From: Dehalococcoidia bacterium
GTDB lineage: Bacteria > Chloroflexota > Dehalococcoidia > SZUA-161
DNA length: 59,720 nt
Assembly (NCBI GenBank): GCA_014859215.1
Contig: JACUUS010000001.1
Location: 1-59,720 of the forward strand
Reading direction: 5' to 3'
This document shows positions 36,985 to 45,414 of this stretch, one piece after another (position 1 is the first letter of the stretch; the number at the start of each line of letters is the position of its first letter). The notes under the pieces are model-generated. The model was not told where the DNA came from and made no database searches. It saw only the letters and a program-made list of their open reading frames with translations. The translations under genes and the position numbers were made by a program.

Positions 36985-37653
36985 CTAGAAGTAAGCAGCG
37001 ACGTAGTGCCAGTTAGCCAGCAGTCCCCACGCGCCTACCCCAATCAGGATAAGGCCTGCTATGCGGTTGAGCATGGTGCTCCTGAGCGCAAGCTGGCGCG
37101 CGAGCCATTGCTGCCGGGTGACGGCGAAGAAGGAGATGGCCAGTAAAGGTATGCCGAGGCCCAGGCCAAAGACCATGAACAGGGTCAGCTTTTCAAGGAA
37201 CTGAGACGCAGAAAAGGACAGGGCGAAAACGCTTACGGCAAGTGTCGCGCTGCACGGCAGGATGATCGGGCCGTACAGAAGGCCGTAGGTGAATGAGCCC
37301 GAATATGGATTGGACAGGACTGGTACTCTTAGCTGGGCGAGTTTCGAAAAAGGGTTCTTGTTGAGCAACAAGACCACGCCAAGCAGGATAACGAGCATGT
37401 TGGCGATCGGCGCGACTATCGACAGGATGTCCGCCATTGCCACGCTTGCGGTGGCGACGATCAATCCGAACATGAGCGCGGAAGTAAGTACGCCGAAAAG
37501 GACGAGAACTCCCAGGAAGAACCCTGCCTTTCCGCTTTTCTTGTTTCCGGCGGCGAGGTATGCGAGATACCCCGGATAAAGCGGCAAGACGCAGGGTGAT
37601 GATGTCGCCGCAATCCCGACAATAAACGAAGTCAGTATATGTTCCGTCAGCAC
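36985..37653 (-). CDS. ccdA: cytochrome c biogenesis / thiol-disulfide electron-transfer membrane protein CcdA (DsbD core family)
   Basis: Six TM helices, with SPCVLPLYPGYLAYL in TM1 and a second PC motif (LPCSA). The GTG start abuts the upstream TAG. Confidence 0.8.
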   Translation of the reverse strand: MLTEHILTSFIVGIAATSSPCVLPLYPGYLAYLAAGNKKSGKAGFFLGVLVLFGVLTSALMFGLIVATASVAMADILSIVAPIANMLVILLGVVLLLNKNPFSKLAQLRVPVLSNPYSGSFTYGLLYGPIILPCSATLAVSVFALSFSASQFLEKLTLFMVFGLGLGIPLLAISFFAVTRQQWLARQLALRSTMLNRIAGLILIGVGAWGLLANWHYVAAYF

Positions 37654-38178
37654 CTAGAGCCCCCCGATTTCAGCTATCTGATCTAACAACTGGTCCGCGG
37701 TCTTCATGCCGGGTTTCAGCATGTGGGCATCCTGCCAGGGGTCGAGGATTATCACCGGCGACGCGGCGAGGTTGACTATGTGAGGCCCGAATTCAGCCTC
37801 GAGGCTTCGGACCTGGTCCCTGGAGAGTGTAGCGGCGAACCAGTCAAAGCCCATGCTCTCCATGTGCTCTCGCAGAGCTTCATCGCTTACGCTTGAATCC
37901 AGGTTGAGGCTGATGAAGACGACATCCTCGCCGGCCTGTTCATAGGCTTTCGCAATTTGCTTCATCTGGTCTTCGCATATGTGGCAGGTCGTAGTCATCA
38001 TTTCTATCACTACGGGCTTGCCGGCAAATTTGGAGATCTTGAAAGTCTCCTCCGTACGCACGTCGGTGAGTTCAACATCGCGCCAGGGCAGGGTGACGCC
38101 CGAGCCATAGCTGCATGAGGATAACCATAAGGCAAGAGCCATTAGCGAGATCAAGATTATTATTGATTTCTTCCTCAA
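37654..38178 (-). CDS. TlpA/ResA-like thioredoxin-fold lipoprotein
   Basis: Has a lipobox (LSSC) after the signal peptide and a CxxC active site (TTCHIC) in a thioredoxin-like context. 174 aa. Confidence 0.7.
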   Translation of the reverse strand: MRKKSIIILISLMALALWLSSCSYGSGVTLPWRDVELTDVRTEETFKISKFAGKPVVIEMMTTTCHICEDQMKQIAKAYEQAGEDVVFISLNLDSSVSDEALREHMESMGFDWFAATLSRDQVRSLEAEFGPHIVNLAASPVIILDPWQDAHMLKPGMKTADQLLDQIAEIGGL

Positions 38179-38251
38179 ACCACACCTCCCTCAAGGAATA
38201 ACAACTGTTGACCTGGAATCCTGACGCCATACAGGCGCCGCTTTACAGCCC

Positions 38252-39598
38252 TCAGGTAGGGCATCCGGTTACCGTGATGTAAGCTGTTCTGGTCCTGGTA
38301 TCGGAGCTATCCGGGCCTCGAACGGTAAGCTTCACGGTATACTGGCCGTCCCCGAAATACTCATGGCTCGGGTTGCGTTCGTCGCTGGTGAAGCCGTCGC
38401 CGAAATCCCACTCCCAGGATGTCACGTATCCGGTGGAAAGATCAGTGAACTGGACCGTGGTCTCGGGGTATTCAACGGAAGTACGGTCAGCCCGGAAATC
38501 CGCCCTGGGAGGAACCGGGGTGAATTCCGCGGTGATGTGTTTGTCGGAGTTGACCCTTATGCTTGTAGTAGCGGAGTCGGGATCGGCAACATCTCCGCTC
38601 CATTTACTGAATTCCCAGCCTTCGGCCGGGCTGGCGGTGATGGTGACCTCTGTCCCCCACGGATAGGTATGAGCACCGGAAGCGGGCGTTGTCTGCCCCT
38701 GACCTTCAATCCCCATGTTGAGTTCATGTGTTATCCGCGAAAAGTGAGCGGTTACAATGCGATCGGAGCTCATGGTTATGGCTGTTTGAGGTGAATCCGG
38801 ATCGGATACCTGCCCCGTCCATTTGTCGAACTGCCATCCCGCCGACGGTGTCGCCAGCAGATCGACGACTGCTCCCTTCTCGTGGCTGTAGGTGCCGACG
38901 CCGGGGCTGCTTGCGCCCTGGCCGTCGACAGCCACTATCAGGGAGAAATGAACAGGCGGCGGTGCAGGCGTAGGCATGGGGGAGGGCACCGGAGTAGGAG
39001 TCGGCTCAACCGGGGTGGGACCAGGGGTCGGATAAGGCATTGGAGTCGGAGTTGGCTCTGTTACCTGGTCGGTCTCGATTTCAGCCAGGACAGCAAACCT
39101 CGTCAAATGTGTTATCTCGGCACTGATCGAATTATCAGCGAGATCGACTTCGGATACTAGCGGTTTCCATGTGTCCCCCGAGCTGTTGAAGAAGCCTATC
39201 TTCAACGAGTCCTCCTGGACTCCGTATGGCAGGGACCGCGAGTCATAACGCAGGGTGAGCCTGGCGGCGGGATCGAATGTTGCGCCGTCAGGCAGCAGCT
39301 CATAGGAATGGGCCACATACAGGCCTTCCTTGTCGTCTGGCTCATCATTGACCGGGTGCACTTCGAGTTCGCGCAAGGGTTTTCCGTCCGCATCGAGCAC
39401 TGACGTACCCTGCGGTATTTCCAGGCGCATAAAGCCGTCCGGGCTGGTATATTCGATGTTTGCTTTGTCAAGGTTATCGAGGTTTATTACCATCGGGTCC
39501 TCGACCGGTCGACTGCCGCTATCTCGTAACATGAGGAAGGCCGTCGCGGCCAGTGCAGGCAGCAAAAAAATACATAGTATGAGATAATTGCGTCTCAT
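38252..39598 (-). CDS. membrane-anchored/secreted surface protein: N-domain, Pro/Thr linker, two InlB-B-repeat-like domains, C-terminal PKD domain
   Basis: - N-terminal hydrophobic anchor.
- Pro/Thr linker: PTPTPMPYPTPGPTPVEPTPTPVPSPMPTPAPPP.
- Two repeats of about 75 aa, each ending ...GWQFDKWTG... or ...GWEFSKWSG...
- PKD motif: WDFGDG...NPSHEY. Confidence 0.7.
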   Translation of the reverse strand: MRRNYLILCIFLLPALAATAFLMLRDSGSRPVEDPMVINLDNLDKANIEYTSPDGFMRLEIPQGTSVLDADGKPLRELEVHPVNDEPDDKEGLYVAHSYELLPDGATFDPAARLTLRYDSRSLPYGVQEDSLKIGFFNSSGDTWKPLVSEVDLADNSISAEITHLTRFAVLAEIETDQVTEPTPTPMPYPTPGPTPVEPTPTPVPSPMPTPAPPPVHFSLIVAVDGQGASSPGVGTYSHEKGAVVDLLATPSAGWQFDKWTGQVSDPDSPQTAITMSSDRIVTAHFSRITHELNMGIEGQGQTTPASGAHTYPWGTEVTITASPAEGWEFSKWSGDVADPDSATTSIRVNSDKHITAEFTPVPPRADFRADRTSVEYPETTVQFTDLSTGYVTSWEWDFGDGFTSDERNPSHEYFGDGQYTVKLTVRGPDSSDTRTRTAYITVTGCPT

Positions 39599-39793
39599 CT
39601 GGTTCCTTCCCTGGTGAAGTTACGGGGGGAGAGTTTGAATCGAGTCTGTTTGCCCCAGACCGGAGTTACGTTGATCGTAATCCAGACTACTGGATGGTAT
39701 TAGGTGACTAACAAGATGTCAAGTGAAAATGTACTACGTAGCTGCCTAGTTTGCCCAGTTTCTGGAGGATTGGTGAACAAGGTCCGCAAAAGG

Positions 39794-40027
39794 CTAGTCA
39801 TGAGCTTTCCTGACGTAGACCTTGATCTCCTTACCTTCCTCCACAGTGCCAAGGCATTCATGTCCGGTAGCTTCGCACCAGGCGGGCATATCTTTCTTGA
39901 TGCCCTGATCATCCGCTATGATTTCCAGTACCTGCCCGGAACGTAACTGCTTGATCTTCTCCGCCGTCTTGACAATCGGCATCGGGCAGTAAAGTCCGAC
40001 ACAGTCAAGGCTCTCGTCTGCTTTCAT
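39794..40027 (-). CDS. tusA: TusA/SirA-family sulfur-carrier protein
   Basis: 77 aa with the LDCVGLYCPMPIVK (CPxP) active-site motif. Confidence 0.85.
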   Translation of the reverse strand: MKADESLDCVGLYCPMPIVKTAEKIKQLRSGQVLEIIADDQGIKKDMPAWCEATGHECLGTVEEGKEIKVYVRKAHD

Positions 40028-40068
40028 CTTATCCTCCGCTGCCCCGACCGGTCAACCGGTCTACCGGT

Positions 40069-40551
40069 CTATATGAATAAGGATACCTTGGATTGTCGAG
40101 CCTCGCCGAGGAAGTACGCGGCGCCCGCGACTCCCTCAACCTCCTCGCGGAAGGCGTTCTCCGGCAAGCCCATTACTCCACAGGATGTATTGCAGGCAAA
40201 GAGCTTCACACCCATCGCATGAGCCATCCCGATGAATTCATCGACAGACGGCATTCTGACATCCTTCATCAACCTTTTCATCATCCAGGTCCCCATCCCG
40301 AACATGTGGAATCTGGAGAGTTTCAGTCGCCTGGAGCCTCCCCTGTTGAGGAGATTAAGCATCTTTCTGGCAATACCCTTGCTCTCTATGCGCCCTTCGT
40401 TCTTCTTAATGACGTTAAGGCCCCAGAAAGTGAAGAACATATTCACTTCCATGCCCATGCTCGCGCCTGTTGTGGCAAGCATGAAAGCAGCCAGTGCCCG
40501 GTCAAGCTCTCCGCTGAAGAGCACAATGGTCAACTTCTCTTTATCTGCCAT
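40069..40551 (-). CDS. DsrE/DsrF-like (DsrE2-type) sulfur-relay family protein
   Basis: 160 aa. It has LTIVLFSGELDRALAAFMLATTGASMG and a conserved Cys context (LFACNTSCGVMG), typical of DsrE-like proteins paired with TusA. Confidence 0.7.
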   Translation of the reverse strand: MADKEKLTIVLFSGELDRALAAFMLATTGASMGMEVNMFFTFWGLNVIKKNEGRIESKGIARKMLNLLNRGGSRRLKLSRFHMFGMGTWMMKRLMKDVRMPSVDEFIGMAHAMGVKLFACNTSCGVMGLPENAFREEVEGVAGAAYFLGEARQSKVSLFI

Positions 40552-40563
40552 TCTTGCCTCCTG

Positions 40564-40755
40564 CTATCTGGTCCCGGCCCGGATATCAGCCCCGCAATGA
40601 GGACACTGTCTGCTGGTCCTGGGGAACGGCTTTCTGCACCTTGGACAGTAGAACAATTTCAAGCTGCAAGCCCGGCAAAGCGGAGATTTCGTCTTGACCA
40701 TCTCTTCTTTGCAGTACGGGCAGGTTATCTGCTCATTCTTGTTCTGCTCTTTCAT
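40564..40755 (-). CDS. small double zinc-ribbon protein (four CxxC pairs)
   Basis: 63 aa with CPYC, CRAC, CPRC and CPHC. The start overlaps the iscU stop as TAATG. Confidence 0.6.
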   Translation of the reverse strand: MKEQNKNEQITCPYCKEEMVKTKSPLCRACSLKLFYCPRCRKPFPRTSRQCPHCGADIRAGTR

Positions 40756-41147
40756 TATTTGCTACCTCCTGCGACCTTCTTCTTGCTCTGGTAGTCTTTG
40801 ATGGCCTTGTGCAGGGCCTGCGCGCCAAGGTTGGAGCAGTGGAACTTGTTCTTTGGCAGCCCTTCCAGCTCCTCGGCAACCCTGGAGGGGGTTATCTTCA
40901 TGGCCTCCCCGAGCGTCTTGCCTTTCGCCATCTCACTAACCATGCTGGAAACTGCTATTGCGGCCCCGCATCCGAAGGTCTTGAATTTAACATCATCCAG
41001 ACGGTTGTCTTTGACTTTGATGTAGAACGTCATCATGTCGCCACAGACAGGATTGCCGACTTCTCCCACGCCGTCGGGGGCCTCAATCTCGCCCACATTG
41101 CGGGGGTTCATGAAGTGCTCCATTACCTTTTCACTGTAAACCGGCAT
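40755..41147 (-). CDS. iscU: Fe-S cluster assembly scaffold IscU/NifU N-terminal-domain type
   Basis: Contains MEHFMNPRNVGEIEAPDGVGEVGNPVCGDMMTFYIKV, FKTFGCGAAIA and KFHCS, the three scaffold cysteines. Confidence 0.9.
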   Translation of the reverse strand: MPVYSEKVMEHFMNPRNVGEIEAPDGVGEVGNPVCGDMMTFYIKVKDNRLDDVKFKTFGCGAAIAVSSMVSEMAKGKTLGEAMKITPSRVAEELEGLPKNKFHCSNLGAQALHKAIKDYQSKKKVAGGSK

Positions 41148-42341
41148 CTAACTGCCTCCTTTACGGGATTTGATGAACTTTGAATACAAAGGGGACATTT
41201 CCCGGAGTCTGGCAACGATCGGCGGCAGGGCTTCGAGAATGTAGTCCACGTCCTCGATCTGATTGCCGATGCCGAATGTGAATAGAATCGAGCCCTGGGC
41301 CAGTTCGTGGGAGATGCCCATCGCTATCAGCACATGCGATGCTTTCAAAGCCTTGGATGTGCAGGCCGACCCGCTTGACACGGCTATCCCTTTCATATTC
41401 AGGAACATGAGCATGGATTCGCCCTCGATGAACTCTATGCAGAAGCTAGCATTGCCGGGGAGCCTGTTTCGTGGATGCCCGGTTACGATTGCGTGCTCGA
41501 TTACCGCGGGAAGTCGCTGCATAATGCGGTCACGCAATCCTGTGAAATGCTCCATTCGGGAAGGTATCTCAGCCCTGGCCAGTTCGGCTGCCTTGCCCAG
41601 GCCGGCGATAGCAGGGACGTCCTCGGTGCCTGCCCGCCGCCCGCCTTCCTGTACGCCGCCGTCAAGCAGGGGAATAATGCGGACGCCTTTCCGGACCCAC
41701 AGGGCGGCCGCCCCTTTCGGCCCGTAGAACTGGTTCCCGGCCAGGCTTAAGGCATCCACCGCCAATTCCCGCACATTTACGGGTATGGTCCCCGCTGCGG
41801 CCACTGCGTCGGTGTGGAAGGCAATATCACGCTCCCTCGCAATCTGCCCGATTTCCCGCACGGGTTCGATCGTGCCGACTTCGCCATTGGCAAGCATGAC
41901 CGAGATAAGTATCGTATCTTCCCTGATGCTGCGCCGGACATCATCGGGATTGACGACTCCGTGCCCGTCCACGGGCACCAGCGTCAATGCAAAACCCGAT
42001 TTCTCAAGTGTGCGTGCTGAGTGAAGCACCGAGAAATGCTCGATCTCAGAAGCGATGATGTGCTTCCCTTTACTCTGCCGGGCAAGGGCCAGTCCCTTAA
42101 TAGCGAAGTTGTTGCTTTCGGTGCCGCTGCCGGTGAATATGATTTCCTCAGGTTCCGCACCGATGAGACCAGCTACATGTCCCCTGGCGGTCTCCACGGC
42201 CTCTCTTGCCGCGTCCCCCCAGTCGTGGAGCGAAGAGGGATTGCCGAATACTTCTCCCAGAAAAGGCAGCATCGCTTCCCGGACCGCGGGCAGAACAGGT
42301 GTGGTTGCTGCATGGTCGGCGTATACTTTTCTCATGGTCAT
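41148..42341 (-). CDS. nifS: cysteine desulfurase, NifS/IscS class I
   Basis: 397 aa with VYADHAATTP, PLP-Lys context in the FYGPKG region, and the active-site loop SSGSACTS. Confidence 0.9.
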   Translation of the reverse strand: MTMRKVYADHAATTPVLPAVREAMLPFLGEVFGNPSSLHDWGDAAREAVETARGHVAGLIGAEPEEIIFTGSGTESNNFAIKGLALARQSKGKHIIASEIEHFSVLHSARTLEKSGFALTLVPVDGHGVVNPDDVRRSIREDTILISVMLANGEVGTIEPVREIGQIARERDIAFHTDAVAAAGTIPVNVRELAVDALSLAGNQFYGPKGAAALWVRKGVRIIPLLDGGVQEGGRRAGTEDVPAIAGLGKAAELARAEIPSRMEHFTGLRDRIMQRLPAVIEHAIVTGHPRNRLPGNASFCIEFIEGESMLMFLNMKGIAVSSGSACTSKALKASHVLIAMGISHELAQGSILFTFGIGNQIEDVDYILEALPPIVARLREMSPLYSKFIKSRKGGS

Positions 42342-42395
42342 CCTCCTGATGACGCGGGTATCTGTTCTCTCTCTGCCAACTTCTGTATAGGGTTC

Positions 42396-42605
42396 TCAAG
42401 GGAACAGCTGGTTTCCGTTATCGTCCAGCACGGAAATCGCCAGCAGCGGGCAGCTCTCTGCAGCCTCCATCAGCGTCTCTTCGGGAACTGAGGAGGGATC
42501 GAGCACGACAGCCCTGTCTTCTTCATCGAGCGCGAAGACAGTCGGCGCCACTTCCACGCAGTTTCCTATTCCGCCGCAAATTTCCCTGTCAACTATTACA
42601 TTCAT
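42396..42605 (-). CDS. small single-cluster ferredoxin
   Basis: 69 aa. C-x5-C (CGGIGNC) plus a distal CP resembles the 3Fe-4S/4Fe-4S mono-cluster ferredoxin layout. ATGA overlap with the nadA stop. Confidence 0.7.
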   Translation of the reverse strand: MNVIVDREICGGIGNCVEVAPTVFALDEEDRAVVLDPSSVPEETLMEAAESCPLLAISVLDDNGNQLFP

Positions 42606-43549
42606 AGCTGCCTCCCCCTGGGAGCGTATTCGCCCCGCCCGGCAGCGAGCATCCTGTCGACAGCGAGCCTGGCTCTACTACGAACAGGTTCGGGCACCCG
42701 GACTTCCGGCGCGAGCTCCCGCAGGGATGTCATGACCTTGTCCAGTGTAATTCGCTTCATATTCGGGCAGACCGCCAGATCGGAGGCCGGGATGAACCGC
42801 TTACGGGGATTTTCCTTGCTCAGCCTGTGGATTATTCCAACCTCGGTGCCCACTATGATCTCCTCGGCGTCAGAGGTGCCGGCGAAAGTGACCAGGCCGT
42901 TAGTGCTCAGGACCCTGTCGGCGAGCGCGATTACCTCCGGCCGGCATTCCGGATGGACGACAACCGTGGCGCGAGGATACTCTTTCTTCCTGGCGAGGAC
43001 TGCTTCGGGTTGAATTCTCATGTGAGTGGGGCAGAAACCCGGCCACAGCTCGATGTTCTTGCCGGTCCGGCTCCTCACGTAGCTTCCCAGGTACTGGTCA
43101 GGCACAAACAGTATCTGGTCGCGGTCCAGGTTATTCACGATGGCTTCGGCGTTGGCCGAGGTGCAGCAGTAGTCGGATTCGGCTTTGACTTCGGCTGAGG
43201 AGTTCACGTAGCAGACAACGGCGGCGTCTGGTAGTTCTCTTTTTTTGGCCCGCAGGTCTTCGGCCGTGATCATATCTGCCATCGGGCAGCCGGCGCGTAT
43301 ATCCGGCAGCAGCACGGTCTTATCCGGGCACAGTATGGAAGCTGTTTCAGCCATGAAGTGTACTCCGCAGAATACCACTACATCGGCTGTGGTCCCTGCG
43401 GCCTTGCGGCTGAGGTCAAGCGAATCTCCGACAAAGTCGGCCACATCCTGTATTTCGGGCAGCTGATAATTATGGGCGAGGATGACCGCGTTGCGCTCCC
43501 GCTTGAGCTGAAGAATCGCACTAGTCAGGGGTGCTGGATGGATTGTCAT
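42602..43549 (-). CDS. nadA: quinolinate synthase NadA
   Basis: 315 aa with LKRERNAVILAHNYQLPEIQDVADFVGDSL, VHPEC and the typical three-repeat layout. The start lies 29 nt inside the upstream MOSC gene. Confidence 0.9.
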   Translation of the reverse strand: MTIHPAPLTSAILQLKRERNAVILAHNYQLPEIQDVADFVGDSLDLSRKAAGTTADVVVFCGVHFMAETASILCPDKTVLLPDIRAGCPMADMITAEDLRAKKRELPDAAVVCYVNSSAEVKAESDYCCTSANAEAIVNNLDRDQILFVPDQYLGSYVRSRTGKNIELWPGFCPTHMRIQPEAVLARKKEYPRATVVVHPECRPEVIALADRVLSTNGLVTFAGTSDAEEIIVGTEVGIIHRLSKENPRKRFIPASDLAVCPNMKRITLDKVMTSLRELAPEVRVPEPVRSRARLAVDRMLAAGRGEYAPRGRQL

Positions 43550-44012
43550 CGCGCTCTCCCAGCCCGGTCAATCTGTCTCCAGGCCGCACCTTCCCGCCGC
43601 GGACGACTCTGGCGAAGATCCCTTCCTTCGGCATGATGCAGCTGCCCGACTGGATGAGGATGGCGCACCCTGTGTGACATTTCTTGCCTATCTGGGTTAT
43701 CTCCAGTATTGCGTCCCTGCCAGCCGCCAGGCGGGTTCCAACCGGCAGCGAGACCAGGTCTATACCGCTGGTCGTGAGGTTCTCCGCGTAATCTCCGCAA
43801 GAAGGATTGAATCCCGGTTTCTTCATTTTCTCGATACTATCAAGCGCCAGCAGGCTGACCTGGCGATGGGTCCCGACGTCAGCGTGGGCATCCCGGACCA
43901 CTCCAAGATCCTTCTCCAGGGCCGCTTCATCTACCGGTTCCTTCCTGGTGCTCTTATCCCGGCTGATGCAGACGGCGACTATCCTGCCACTACTCTTGCT
44001 CACGTCCTTCAC
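43521..44012 (-). CDS. MOSC-domain protein
   Basis: 163 aa with HRQVSLL...ENLTTSGIDL...G..L......LEITQIGKKCH. This is the MOSC beta-barrel pattern with its conserved Cys. Confidence 0.7.
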   Translation of the reverse strand: MKDVSKSSGRIVAVCISRDKSTRKEPVDEAALEKDLGVVRDAHADVGTHRQVSLLALDSIEKMKKPGFNPSCGDYAENLTTSGIDLVSLPVGTRLAAGRDAILEITQIGKKCHTGCAILIQSGSCIMPKEGIFARVVRGGKVRPGDRLTGLGERDDNPSSTPD

Positions 44013-45076
44013 TCGATCAGTCCGCCTCCAAGAACAAGGTCGCCGCGATAAAAAACGATAGATTGCCCCGGAGTCACGGCCATCTGGGGCTCGGCAAACT
44101 TCACGTGCGCCCTTTGCTCTGGCAGAGGAGTAATAACGGCTTCAGCTTCGTACAGGCTGTACCTGATCTTGGCCTGCGCCGTAATCGGGGCCTCCAGCGA
44201 GTCTATTGCTATCCAGTTTAGTTCACAGCAGGTCAACTCATTCCGCAGAAGTCTCTCCTTCAGTCCGACAGTGACGGCATTGTTGTCCCGGTCCAGGTCA
44301 ACGACATACAGGGGTTTGCCGGCAGCGATTCCGAGCCCTTTGCGCTGTCCGATTGTGTAGAAGGGAATTCCGCGGTGTTCTCCCAGGCGCCGACCATCGG
44401 TGTCCAGGACCGGCCCCGGGTGCGGCTCGATCCCCAGCGCTGACGTATAGCTGCCCGTCACAAAGTCCTGGCTCTCAGGCTTGTCCCTGACTGTGAGCCC
44501 GAATTTCGCGGCGAGCTGTCGCACCTCGTTCTTGCTGTATTCACCAAGCGGAAAGAGGCTGCGCCCGAGCTGCTCCTGGGAAAGGTTGAAGAGAAAATAT
44601 GATTGGTCCTTCCTGATGTCCTTAGCCTTCTTCAGCAGGTAACGCCTGTTTTGTGCGCTCTTTTCCACACGCGCGTAATGCCCGGTCCCCACGCAGGAAA
44701 ACTCGATGCCGGCGGCCCGCGCCTTGGAGATAAGACGGTCGAGCTTGATCAGCCTGTTGCACCTCACGCAAGGGTTGGGAGTCCTTCCGCGCAGGTATTC
44801 CTGCCTGACGTAGTCCAGTACCTGTACCCTGTATTCATGAGCCAGGTCGAAGATGTGCAGAGGAATTTGGAGCCTTTCTGCGACCTTGCGTGCATCCTGG
44901 ATATCCTCGTCCTCAGGCCCGTAACACCCGCGGCGGGTCATTTCGGGAGCTGCGCCGCCGCTCCATATCGTCATCGTCACCCCGGCCACCTCGTAACCCT
45001 GTTCCTTGAGGAGGGCAGCGGCAACCGAGGAATCGACTCCACCGCTCATTGCCACAATCGCTTTGCGCTTTTCCAT
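44009..45076 (-). CDS. mnmA: tRNA 2-thiouridine(34) synthase MnmA
   Basis: Contains the PP-loop VAMSGGVDSSVAA, CVRCN and GTGHYAR. 355 aa. Confidence 0.9.
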   Translation of the reverse strand: MEKRKAIVAMSGGVDSSVAAALLKEQGYEVAGVTMTIWSGGAAPEMTRRGCYGPEDEDIQDARKVAERLQIPLHIFDLAHEYRVQVLDYVRQEYLRGRTPNPCVRCNRLIKLDRLISKARAAGIEFSCVGTGHYARVEKSAQNRRYLLKKAKDIRKDQSYFLFNLSQEQLGRSLFPLGEYSKNEVRQLAAKFGLTVRDKPESQDFVTGSYTSALGIEPHPGPVLDTDGRRLGEHRGIPFYTIGQRKGLGIAAGKPLYVVDLDRDNNAVTVGLKERLLRNELTCCELNWIAIDSLEAPITAQAKIRYSLYEAEAVITPLPEQRAHVKFAEPQMAVTPGQSIVFYRGDLVLGGGLIE

Positions 45077-45137
45077 AGCTACTACTATTCTATCATTCTC
45101 TCCTGCGGCATGCTCGGAAACCGGGTACGTGATCCGG

Positions 45138-45380
45138 TCAGCCTTCTACGACGTCACCGATTGCCGCATCAACCTTGACACCCTTGCCGGCTACCCAGGC
45201 CAGGCTGCGCTGAATATCCTCTTCCCTGCCTTCCAGCTCGAGCACAACCCATCCCTTGTTTTCCGTCACATCAGCTCTGCGAATGTTGGTAATCACGTTG
45301 AAATCACGGCCCAGAGTCCAGATAACAGGCTCCTTAATGAGCTCAGATGGGAATGTAAACATTACTCTTTGTTTGAACAT
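45138..45380 (-). CDS. stand-alone NIL-domain protein
   Basis: 80 aa: MFKQRVMFTFPSELIKEPVIWTLGRDFNVITNIRRADVTENKGWVVLELEGREEDIQRSLAWVAGKGVKVDAAIGDVVEG. The start is moved to the ATG at 45380, which has GGGGGAAGG upstream. The tracked 123-aa version overlaps the ThrC-like gene. Confidence 0.7.
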   Translation of the reverse strand: MFKQRVMFTFPSELIKEPVIWTLGRDFNVITNIRRADVTENKGWVVLELEGREEDIQRSLAWVAGKGVKVDAAIGDVVEG

Positions 45381-45414
45381 CCTTCCCCCTTTCCAGGCAG
45401 AAGCTTTGGTGTAA

